NCBI GenBank assembly: GCA_964373885.1
Contig: CAYJWM010000003.1
Location: 1-62,860 of the forward strand
Direction of reading: 5' to 3'
DNA length: 62,860 nucleotides
Source of the DNA: an uncultured bacterium
Lineage (GTDB): Bacteria; Omnitrophota; Omnitrophia; Omnitrophales; Danuiimicrobiaceae
In this document: positions 8,734 to 17,002 of the stretch, piece by piece
How the letters are laid out: the number at the start of each line of letters is the position of its first letter
Numbering within the stretch: the stretch's first letter is position 1
Notes under the pieces: generated by a model
The model's database searches: none
What the model saw: the letters and a program-made list of their open reading frames with translations, nothing else
Told to the model about the DNA's origin: nothing
Position numbers and translations under genes: made by a program

Positions 8734-11700
8734 ATGAATATCCCCCATTACGCCATCAAGCGACGCGTGACCACGGTCATGGTGTTTTTGTGCGTCGTTT
8801 TTCTCGGAATCATTTCCTGGAGTTCGCTTCCTAGAGAGCTATTCCCTCAAATTTCATTTCCGCAGATTACCGTTCTCACCGAATATGTGAATGCGGCGCC
8901 CGAGGAGATCGAGACGCTGATCACGCGCCCCTTGGAGGAAGCCATTAGTTCGGTTTCCGGGCTGCGCAAGCTGGAGTCCGTTTCCAAGGAAGGCGAGAGC
9001 AAAATTTTCGTTTCCTTCGGCTGGAATGAAAATATTGATTTTGCGGCGCTTCGCGTGCGCGAAAAAATAGATCTGGTCAAAGAGCGCCTGCCCAAGGAAT
9101 CCGAAGATTCCGTGGTTTTGAAATTTGATCCCCTGGCGCGTCCCACGATGATTCTTTCCGTCACCGGCCATCCGGCGCCAAGCGAATTGAAGGCATTGTC
9201 CGAGCGGATTTTAAAAGAAAATCTTGAAAAAGTGGAGGGAGTGGCCTCCGTTTCCATTTCCGGCGGGCTGGACCGCGAAATCCAAGTGGATTTGAATCAA
9301 AGCGGGCTTCAATCTGCCGAGGTGTCCATTTTGGATGTGATCGACGCGGTGGACACCGCCAATATATCGTATCCGGCCGGAAGCGTCAAAAAAGGACTTT
9401 ACGAATACATCATTCGCACCGTCGGTGAGTTCCGCTCCGTTCCCGAGATCGGCTATACCGTGGTCAAGACGGACGTGAAGAAGCAGGTGGAGCGCCAAGC
9501 GAATACGTTTCTTGAAAAGGGAGAATCAGGCACGCGGAGCACGCTGGACCGTCTGCGCGAGGAAGGGGCCCGCGGGGTCGGGGAGAAACGGCTGGTCATG
9601 CTTCGTGATATCGGCGAGATCACCGACGGTTTTCATGAGCGCACGGCGATTTCCCGCTACAACGGGGAGGAGAATATCTCCCTTTCCGTCCGAAAGCAGG
9701 GTTCCGCCAATACGGTGGAAGTGGCGGAACGGATCAAGCGCGAACTCATGTTTCTTCAAGATGAGCTGGAAACGCGCGGCATTTCCGTGACGACTATTTA
9801 CGATCATTCATGGTTCATTAAAAAATCAATTGAGGACATTCAAAATGCCGCCATGCAGGGCGGCTTGATTGCCATGCTTGTGCTTTTCCTTTTTTTCCGC
9901 GAATGGGTGAGTTCTCTGGTGGTTGCGATCGGGATCCCGGTTTCATTGATCGGCACTTTTTTCTTTTTTCAGCTGCAGGGGGTATCGCTCAATATGATGT
10001 CGCTTGCCGGCCTTGCACTTGCCGCCGGCTTTACCGTGGATAACGGCATTGTCGTGGTCGAAAACATTTTCCGGCTCCGGGAACAGGGGCTGTCCCATAC
10101 GGAGTCTTCGATCAAGGGGGCCAATGAAGTCTTTTGGCCCGTTTTCTCATCCAATTTAACGACCCTCGCTGTTTTTTTCCCGCTCATCTTGTTTGTTCCG
10201 GGAATCGCCGGGCAGCTGTTCAAAGATCTTTCCTGGGCCATTATTTATTGTTCCGTTATTTCGTTTTTGGCTTCCGTTTGGCTGGTGCCCATGCTCGCCC
10301 TGTTCATTCAAAATCCGCCTCAGAAAGGGGAAACCACGGTCCAAGCGGAAGCATTCGGCAAGCAGCTCAAGGATAAAATTCTGGGGATGGGCCGTGCGGA
10401 GCAAAATCGGTTGTTTCTTTGGGTGACCGGACTGGGCCTGGCTTCTTTCTTTTTGGCTTTGATCCTTTTTCGGCTTCTGAATACCGAAGTCTTGCCGAAA
10501 GTGGATCAAGGCCAATTTTTGATCCGCGTGAACCTTCCCGTCGGGAGCCGTTTGGAAGCGAGCGATGAAGTGGTGCGCGTGATCGAAAACGAAACGCGCG
10601 CTTTGAGCGAAGCGGAAAGTGTCTCCGTGACCATCGGTTCTTCGCGGACTTCCAAAGCGGGGGAGGTTAAAATCGAAACGCTGGGCGCTCATCAGGGGCT
10701 TATTTTGGTTTCTCTGAAAAAGAAACGAAAATATTCTTCTTCGGAGGTGGTGGCGGAGCTGAAGAAGCGGATCGAGAAATATAATTTCCAAAAAGCTCAG
10801 ATTGAATACGTGCTTCAGGAAAGTGAGTTTGAATTTGCCGCCCAGGGCGGGAAGCCCATTACCGTTGAAATCAAAGGTTATGACTTGCGGACGCTTTCAG
10901 AGCTGACGCGGAAGGCGGAACAAATCATTGCTTCTATTCCCGGGACGACGGAAATTTTAAACGATCAAGGCGAACCCTCGCCCGAAACAAAAGTCGAAAT
11001 TGACCGCAGAAAGGCGGCGCTTTACGGCATTTCCGCCCGTGATATATCCCTGACCGCCAAAGCGGCCATCGAGGGGGCGATCGCCACGGAATACAAAGAG
11101 GAGGGAAGAGAGATTGACGTCCGGATACGGCTCGCGGAAGAGGACCGAAAGGACATCAGAAAGGTCGGCGATCTTCTCGTGTACAGTAAAGTGCTCGAAG
11201 TGCCCGTGCCGCTCAAAGAAGTCGGCGCCATCAAGCAAGGGTACGGGCCGAGTGAAATACGGCGCAAAGACCAGATTCGAACCGTGACGGTTACGGGCCA
11301 GGTGGCGCACGGTTTTAAGGAAAATTCCGTGCTCGCAAAAATCGAGTCCGCTCTGCGCGGCATGGAAGCGCCGCCGGATTACACGATTGATTTGGTGGGA
11401 AAAAGACAGGAGGTGCGGGAATCGTTTCGGCGGTTGACCTTTGCCATTATTTTGGCCTTGATTCTTGTCTATATGATTATGGCCGCGCAGTTTGAATCTT
11501 TTTCGCAGCCTTTCGTTATTATCGTCGCTGCCCCGCTTGCCCTCATCGGTGTGGCGCTTGCCCTTTTGCTTACGGGAACAGCGGTCAGCACTATTTCCCT
11601 TTTGGGAATATTAATGTTGGCTGGAACGGCGGTCAACCCCGCCATCGTGCTGATTGATTTTATCAATGAAAGGCGGCAGGCGGGCGGAGAGCTGGTGGCA

Positions 11701-11958
11701 TCTTCAATCGAAGCACCCCTCGTTCGTTTTCGTGCCATTGTTTCATCCGCGCTGACTTCGGTGGCCGGCCTTATTCCGCTTGCGCTGGCGCTCGGGGAAG
11801 GAGCCGAGCTTCAAGCTCCTTTAGCCATCTCCATTATCGGCGGTACGCTTAGTTCCACTTTGTGCACTTTGGTGGTGATCCCGGCGCTTTATGTTTTGGT
11901 CACGCGCGCCATTGACCGATTGTTGAATGCAGGGGATTTGGGTCCGGAGCCCGTTTAA
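8734..11958 (+). CDS. efflux RND transporter permease (AcrB/HAE1-like), copy 1
   Basis: 1074 aa with a 12-TM plus two large periplasmic loop architecture. N-terminus AIKRRVTTVMVFLCVVFLGIISW is typical of ACR_tran proteins. Confidence 0.92.
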   Translation: MNIPHYAIKRRVTTVMVFLCVVFLGIISWSSLPRELFPQISFPQITVLTEYVNAAPEEIETLITRPLEEAISSVSGLRKLESVSKEGESKIFVSFGWNENIDFAALRVREKIDLVKERLPKESEDSVVLKFDPLARPTMILSVTGHPAPSELKALSERILKENLEKVEGVASVSISGGLDREIQVDLNQSGLQSAEVSILDVIDAVDTANISYPAGSVKKGLYEYIIRTVGEFRSVPEIGYTVVKTDVKKQVERQANTFLEKGESGTRSTLDRLREEGARGVGEKRLVMLRDIGEITDGFHERTAISRYNGEENISLSVRKQGSANTVEVAERIKRELMFLQDELETRGISVTTIYDHSWFIKKSIEDIQNAAMQGGLIAMLVLFLFFREWVSSLVVAIGIPVSLIGTFFFFQLQGVSLNMMSLAGLALAAGFTVDNGIVVVENIFRLREQGLSHTESSIKGANEVFWPVFSSNLTTLAVFFPLILFVPGIAGQLFKDLSWAIIYCSVISFLASVWLVPMLALFIQNPPQKGETTVQAEAFGKQLKDKILGMGRAEQNRLFLWVTGLGLASFFLALILFRLLNTEVLPKVDQGQFLIRVNLPVGSRLEASDEVVRVIENETRALSEAESVSVTIGSSRTSKAGEVKIETLGAHQGLILVSLKKKRKYSSSEVVAELKKRIEKYNFQKAQIEYVLQESEFEFAAQGGKPITVEIKGYDLRTLSELTRKAEQIIASIPGTTEILNDQGEPSPETKVEIDRRKAALYGISARDISLTAKAAIEGAIATEYKEEGREIDVRIRLAEEDRKDIRKVGDLLVYSKVLEVPVPLKEVGAIKQGYGPSEIRRKDQIRTVTVTGQVAHGFKENSVLAKIESALRGMEAPPDYTIDLVGKRQEVRESFRRLTFAIILALILVYMIMAAQFESFSQPFVIIVAAPLALIGVALALLLTGTAVSTISLLGILMLAGTAVNPAIVLIDFINERRQAGGELVASSIEAPLVRFRAIVSSALTSVAGLIPLALALGEGAELQAPLAISIIGGTLSSTLCTLVVIPALYVLVTRAIDRLLNAGDLGPEPV

Positions 11959-11967
11959 GGGGAAACC

Positions 11968-14900
11968 ATGAGTTTACCGAGCGCTGCTGTCAAAAGATCC
12001 GTGCTGACGTGGGTGTTTTTCGCCGGGCTCGCCTTTTTGGGTTTTATTTCTTTGTTCATGCTCCCCGTGGAGTTGTATCAGGGCAAAAGCCACGGCATTA
12101 TTTCCGTCATTATTCACGCGCGCGGCGGCCTTTCTCCGGTGGATGTGGAGCAGACGATCACGCGGCCCGTGGAAGAAGCGGTTTCCTCGGCTTCATTTCT
12201 CAAAAATATGTATTCCAATTCGCGGGAAGCCGAAAGCCGGGTGACCCTTGAATTTGAGCCGGGAACGGACATGCGTTTTGCCGCCCTTGAAGTCCGTGAG
12301 AAATTTTCCAGAATCAAGAATCTTTTGCCCTCCGAAATTGAAAAACCGGTGATTGCCAATTATGAAGACACGGACGCAGCCATTTTGATTGCAGCCGTGA
12401 CTTCCGAGACCTTGTCGCCTGAGGAGATGCGCGAAGTGGTGGATCAGGAACTGAAGCCGCGCCTGGACCGCGTGGACGGCGTGGCGAGCGTGGAAGTGTA
12501 CGGCGGCAGGGAAAAGAAAATTCTGATTGAAACGGACAGGGACAAAATGTTCGCTTACGGCGTGTCGATCGAGCGAATCATGGACGCCGTCGGTGCGAGC
12601 AACGTGACGTTATTGGCCGGAAGTTTTGAGCGCGGCGCTTATGATTTTGCGGTTCGTACCATGGGAACGTTCACAAGCGTGGAGCAAATCGGCGAACTCG
12701 GGATTAAAGCCACCCGCCAGGGGTCTATTATTCCGCTCAAGGAAATTGCCGCCGTCAAAGAGGCCTATATGGAACCGGAAGATTATGCCCGGCTCAATCT
12801 GGATGACAACATTTCGCTTTATATTAAAAAAGCTTCTTTGGCCAACACCATTAAAGTTGTGAATGAACTCCAATATACCTTGCAGCAGTTCGTCCACGAG
12901 CATAAGGACGCCGTTCATGCCGTGGTGGTTTCGGATAAAGCAAAGCTGATCAAACGGGCGATTAACGACGTGCGCGATTCCTTGTTTTTGGGCGTTTTTC
13001 TGGTGGCTGCGGTCGTGTATTTTTCCTTGCGCCAATGGATTTTGTCTCTGATCGTGTTAACCACCATTCCGCTGGCTGTGATCTCAACCTTTTTTTTCAT
13101 GGCCCGGCTGGGTTTGAGCATCAATGTGATGACCTTGAGCGGACTTGCGCTTTCCATCGGCATTTTGGTGGACAGCGCCGTGGTCGTGGTGGAAAACGTT
13201 ACGAAGAAGAAAGAGGAAGGGCTTTCGCATGAGGAGGCGGTGGTAAAGGGCACGGACGAGGTCTGGCTTCCTCTGCTTGCTTCCCACATGACCAGTTTGT
13301 GCGTTTTTCTACCCGTTGTGTTTGTGGATAAGGAAATCCAGCTGATTTATCAAGGGTTTGCCATCGCGGTTTCGCTCGCGCTTACGTTGTCTCATATTGT
13401 GGCTGTGACGTTTGTTCCCATGCTTCTCGCCAAGTCCGAACCGCTTCTGAAGCCAAGTCCGCAAACAGCCGCCAGCCGTCCTTCCGTTTTTGAGCGCTGG
13501 CACACGCAGTATGACGCCTGGCTCCGGAAAAGTTTTCAATTTCGTCATTTGTTTTTGGCTTCGATCGTTCTTATTTTTCTCTTTTCACTATGGCGGCTTT
13601 CCAAGCGGGACATCGATCTTCCAACCCAGCTTGAGGAAAATGAGTTTTCGATTGTGGTATTCCCGCTGGCCGGGGCGAAATTGGACACCAATGATGATGT
13701 GGCCAAAAAATTAGAGAACCTTTTAAATGAATATCCGGATGTGGAAATGATTTCGTCCACCATTCAAAAGGACGATTTGCGGCTTTTTGTCCGTTTGAAG
13801 CCGCGTGCCAAGCGTCGCCGGTCGAAAGATTCGATCATGGAGGAGGTTCGCGAGAAGGGAAATGAGCTGGCAAAACAGATTCATGACGAATATTCGCTGA
13901 TTGTCGATGAGGGTGCGGCCAGCGAAGAGTCGAAGAAGCTGGTGATCAATATTTTCGGGCTTGAAAACGACGAGTTGGAACGTCTGGCCCATGAGGCGGC
14001 GGGACGAATCAATAAAATTCAAGGTCTTACCAATTTGGTCATGACGGACCTTAGAAAAAGGCCGGAGTACAGCATTGTGGTGGATCGGGCCCGGGCCGCT
14101 TCTTACGGCTTGAGCGTCCGGGAAGTGGCTGATTCGGTGCATGCGCAGGTGCGCGGCATGCGGCCCACTAAATTTCACGAACTTTCCAAGGGACTTGAGA
14201 TTGAAACCATCACGCGTCTTCAACCCATTTACCGGCAGAAAATGGAGGACCTTCAGGATATTTTTGTGGTTTCCCCGGACGAAGGGACTCAAGTCGCCCT
14301 CAAACAAATCGCCGGTTTTTATGCCACCCGCGGTCCTCAGACCATTGACCGAAAGGACAAGTACCGTTACGTGTTTTTAAAAGGGGATGTCCATCGGCCG
14401 CTGGAAACCGTTGCGCGTGAAGTGAAAGCGGCCCTGAGGGATTTGAAAATGCAGAAGGATTATTTTTGGCGTTTCGGCGGCCGATATGAAGCATTGATTG
14501 AGGGGAAGTCTCAGCTTTCGGTCGGCGTGCTTCTTTCCATTGTTTTGATCTACATGGTTCTTTCCTGTTTGTACCAGTCGTACACGGAGCCGCTTTTGAT
14601 TATGATCGCGATCCCGCTCGGAGCGATCGGCGTTTACGCTGCCCTTTGGTTTACCCATAAGCCCTTGAGTGAGCAGGTGTTTATCGGGTTGATGGTTTTG
14701 CTGGGCTATGTGGTGAATAGTTCCGTTATTTTGATCGATCACGTCAATTCGCTCAGGACGGCCGTTCCGGATTTGACGGAGCGCCTGCTCCGTGCCGGCC
14801 AAGATCGTCTGCGCCCCATTTTGATTACCACCGGCTCCACCGTGCTCGGTTTTATTCCGATGGCCCTCTCACGCGGAGAATCCAGCGAGTTGTGGGCGCC

Positions 14901-15078
14901 TTTGGCGATTACCATGATCGGGGGAATTGTGAGCTCAACGGTTTTGACTTTGTTCGTGATCCCGAGTTTTTATCTATGTCTTGAAGATCTGAGAAAATGG
15001 TTTGAAAAAATAGGGCCGAGCATCTTTTTCTTATTTTCTAACCGATTTAAGACGGGACTGAACAGGGCCGATAATTAA
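11968..15078 (+). CDS. efflux RND transporter permease (AcrB/HAE1-like), copy 2
   Basis: 1036 aa, a paralog of the preceding gene with the same architecture. Separated from it by a 9-bp gap. Confidence 0.92.
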   Translation: MSLPSAAVKRSVLTWVFFAGLAFLGFISLFMLPVELYQGKSHGIISVIIHARGGLSPVDVEQTITRPVEEAVSSASFLKNMYSNSREAESRVTLEFEPGTDMRFAALEVREKFSRIKNLLPSEIEKPVIANYEDTDAAILIAAVTSETLSPEEMREVVDQELKPRLDRVDGVASVEVYGGREKKILIETDRDKMFAYGVSIERIMDAVGASNVTLLAGSFERGAYDFAVRTMGTFTSVEQIGELGIKATRQGSIIPLKEIAAVKEAYMEPEDYARLNLDDNISLYIKKASLANTIKVVNELQYTLQQFVHEHKDAVHAVVVSDKAKLIKRAINDVRDSLFLGVFLVAAVVYFSLRQWILSLIVLTTIPLAVISTFFFMARLGLSINVMTLSGLALSIGILVDSAVVVVENVTKKKEEGLSHEEAVVKGTDEVWLPLLASHMTSLCVFLPVVFVDKEIQLIYQGFAIAVSLALTLSHIVAVTFVPMLLAKSEPLLKPSPQTAASRPSVFERWHTQYDAWLRKSFQFRHLFLASIVLIFLFSLWRLSKRDIDLPTQLEENEFSIVVFPLAGAKLDTNDDVAKKLENLLNEYPDVEMISSTIQKDDLRLFVRLKPRAKRRRSKDSIMEEVREKGNELAKQIHDEYSLIVDEGAASEESKKLVINIFGLENDELERLAHEAAGRINKIQGLTNLVMTDLRKRPEYSIVVDRARAASYGLSVREVADSVHAQVRGMRPTKFHELSKGLEIETITRLQPIYRQKMEDLQDIFVVSPDEGTQVALKQIAGFYATRGPQTIDRKDKYRYVFLKGDVHRPLETVAREVKAALRDLKMQKDYFWRFGGRYEALIEGKSQLSVGVLLSIVLIYMVLSCLYQSYTEPLLIMIAIPLGAIGVYAALWFTHKPLSEQVFIGLMVLLGYVVNSSVILIDHVNSLRTAVPDLTERLLRAGQDRLRPILITTGSTVLGFIPMALSRGESSELWAPLAITMIGGIVSSTVLTLFVIPSFYLCLEDLRKWFEKIGPSIFFLFSNRFKTGLNRADN

Positions 15079-15101
15079 CCGAGTCGAAAGGGGCTTGCCA
15101 C

Positions 15102-15671
15102 ATGGCGACGACAGAAGAAAACAAACGTTCCATTCAGAATGTGTTGATCAATCATCCGCTGCAGCGCGAGTTTACGCTCGCACTTTTGGCGATCATGATG
15201 ACGGCGGGTTTTTCGGTGGGGTTCATGATTCATTTGGTGCTCAGAGATTTGACCAAAGGGGTTCCTCCCACGATTTCGCGCCCGACGTTTGAGCAAATCA
15301 TCTATGATGTGAATTCACAGCTGGTGGTGGGCGCTATTTTAATTATTTTTATCGCGGTCATTGTCACCGGTTTTTTCGGCGTTTTTTTTCTTCACCGCGT
15401 GGCCGGCCCCGTGTATCGGTTCCAGATGGTGCTTAACCGCCTCGGGCGCGGGGAGAGCATGAGCGAGATCCGGCTCAGGCACCGGGACTTTTTCCCCGAA
15501 ACCGCCGATGCCATTAATTTGGTGATCCGTCTGCTCAAACGTCAAGATGTCGTGATTAAGGACGTGCTGGACCTTCTCGCACAGGTGCCTTTAGAGCATT
15601 TAACCCCCGCCCTGAAGGGAGAGCTTGAGAAAGTCCGAAAAGAGCTGAAAGAACTGCAAAAGACCCCCTAA
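15102..15671 (+). CDS. small two-TM membrane protein with HAMP-like segment
   Basis: 189 aa. Two hydrophobic helices are followed by HRVAGPVYRF...LRHRDFFPETADAIN, which resembles a HAMP linker. No output domain is present. Confidence 0.5.
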   Translation: MATTEENKRSIQNVLINHPLQREFTLALLAIMMTAGFSVGFMIHLVLRDLTKGVPPTISRPTFEQIIYDVNSQLVVGAILIIFIAVIVTGFFGVFFLHRVAGPVYRFQMVLNRLGRGESMSEIRLRHRDFFPETADAINLVIRLLKRQDVVIKDVLDLLAQVPLEHLTPALKGELEKVRKELKELQKTP

Positions 15672-15700
15672 TTTCTCCTTATTTCGGCCATATCCCTTTC

Positions 15701-15729
15701 TTGACAGATTCCCCTCTTTTTGCTATCAT
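15701..15729 (+). promoter_or_regulatory. sigma70 promoter candidate for the nusA operon (TTGACA-17 nt-TATCAT)
   Basis: Perfect -35 TTGACA at 15701-15706, 17-nt spacer, TATCAT at 15724-15729. Confidence 0.6.
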
Positions 15730-15761
15730 TTTCATCTAAAATCTGTCCTCATTTTAAAGGA

Positions 15762-15789
15762 GTGGGCCCGATGTTAGCCCGCTTTTTTT
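15762..15789 (+). terminator. weak intrinsic-terminator-like hairpin in the nusA leader (possible attenuator)
   Basis: 6-bp stem GTGGGC/GCCCGC (15762-15767 pairs with 15777-15782), 9-nt loop, then a T7 run at 15783-15789. Lies between the promoter and the nusA ATG. Confidence 0.35.
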
Positions 15790-15835
15790 ATTTTTAGGGA
15801 TTTGGCAGCCATTTAAGAAAGATAGGACCTAGGCC

Positions 15836-17002
15836 ATGAACCGGGCGCTTTTGGACATGCTCGAAAACATACAGCGTGAAAAAAACGTCAAAAAAGAAGT
15901 GCTCCTCGGGGCGCTTCAGGCGGCGCTGTTGTCCGCTTGCCGCAAGACGTTTTCCAATCCGGATAAAATGGACGTGCAGATTGACCCGGAAACAGCGGAT
16001 ATCCGGCTTTTCGAGGACGGAAAAGAGGTATTCCACGCCGATTTCGGCCGCATTGCCGCCCAAACGGCCAAACAGGTGATTATTCAGAAAATTCGGGAGG
16101 CGGAGCGCGAGTCCATTTTTCAAGACTTCACAGACAAGGAAGGTTCCATTGCTACCGGATCCATTCATTGGGTCGACCGCAAAATGGCGATTATAGATCT
16201 TGGAAAAACGGAAGGCATTCTTCCCGCCCGCGAGCAATCGCCCAATGACGACTACCGCCAGGGAGAGACCATCAAGGTGTATGTGCTTGAGGTCAAAAAA
16301 ACGGACCGGGGGCCGGAGGTGATTGTCTCCCGCGCCCATCCGAATTTTGTCAAGAAACTATTTGAGCTGGAAGTTCCCGAGATCCGGGATCACATCGTAG
16401 AAATTAAAGCGGTCACCCGCGAGGTCGGTTCCCGGACCAAAATCGCCGTTTATTCCACGGATTCGAAAGTGGATTGCGTCGGTTCCTGTGTCGGCATGCG
16501 CGGCCAGAGGGTCAAGAATATCGTGCGGGAAATTGGCGGCGAGAAAATTGATATTGTCCGATGGAATGAAGATCCGGAACAGTATATCCGCAGCGCGTTG
16601 AGCCCGGCGGAACTTGTGGAAGTGCGTCTCAACAAAAAGGACAGGGCGGCGGAAATTTTTGTAGCCGACGATCAATTGTCGCTTGCGATCGGGAAGAAAG
16701 GGCAAAACGTACGCTTGGCTTCCAAGCTCACCGGGTGGAAACTGGACATTAAAAGCTCCAGCCAAAAAATCCCGCTTTCCGCTCTCAAGGGTGTGGGCGT
16801 GAAGACTGAAGAGCTTTTAAAATCCGCCGGCATCGCCAGTTTGAAAGATTTGTTGAAAGCAAGCCCCGAGGAACTTGCCAAAATAGAGGGAATCGGGACC
16901 AAGACCGCGGAAAAGCTTATTCAGGCGGCGCATGAAGCCATTTTGGGCGGTGCCAAAAAACCCGCCGAAGAAAAGTCCGGAGAAGAATCTCATGGCGATT
17001 AG
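15836..17002 (+). CDS. nusA: transcription termination/antitermination factor NusA
   Basis: 388 aa with an N-terminal domain, S1, two KH domains and a C-terminal HhH-like region. Followed by infB. Confidence 0.95.
   Translation: MNRALLDMLENIQREKNVKKEVLLGALQAALLSACRKTFSNPDKMDVQIDPETADIRLFEDGKEVFHADFGRIAAQTAKQVIIQKIREAERESIFQDFTDKEGSIATGSIHWVDRKMAIIDLGKTEGILPAREQSPNDDYRQGETIKVYVLEVKKTDRGPEVIVSRAHPNFVKKLFELEVPEIRDHIVEIKAVTREVGSRTKIAVYSTDSKVDCVGSCVGMRGQRVKNIVREIGGEKIDIVRWNEDPEQYIRSALSPAELVEVRLNKKDRAAEIFVADDQLSLAIGKKGQNVRLASKLTGWKLDIKSSSQKIPLSALKGVGVKTEELLKSAGIASLKDLLKASPEELAKIEGIGTKTAEKLIQAAHEAILGGAKKPAEEKSGEESHGD

Noticed and set aside
16932-16991. Upstream extension of infB inside nusA.
   Set aside because: The ATG at 16992 gives the typical short nusA-infB overlap. 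The extension would overlap 70 nt of nusA with no RBS.
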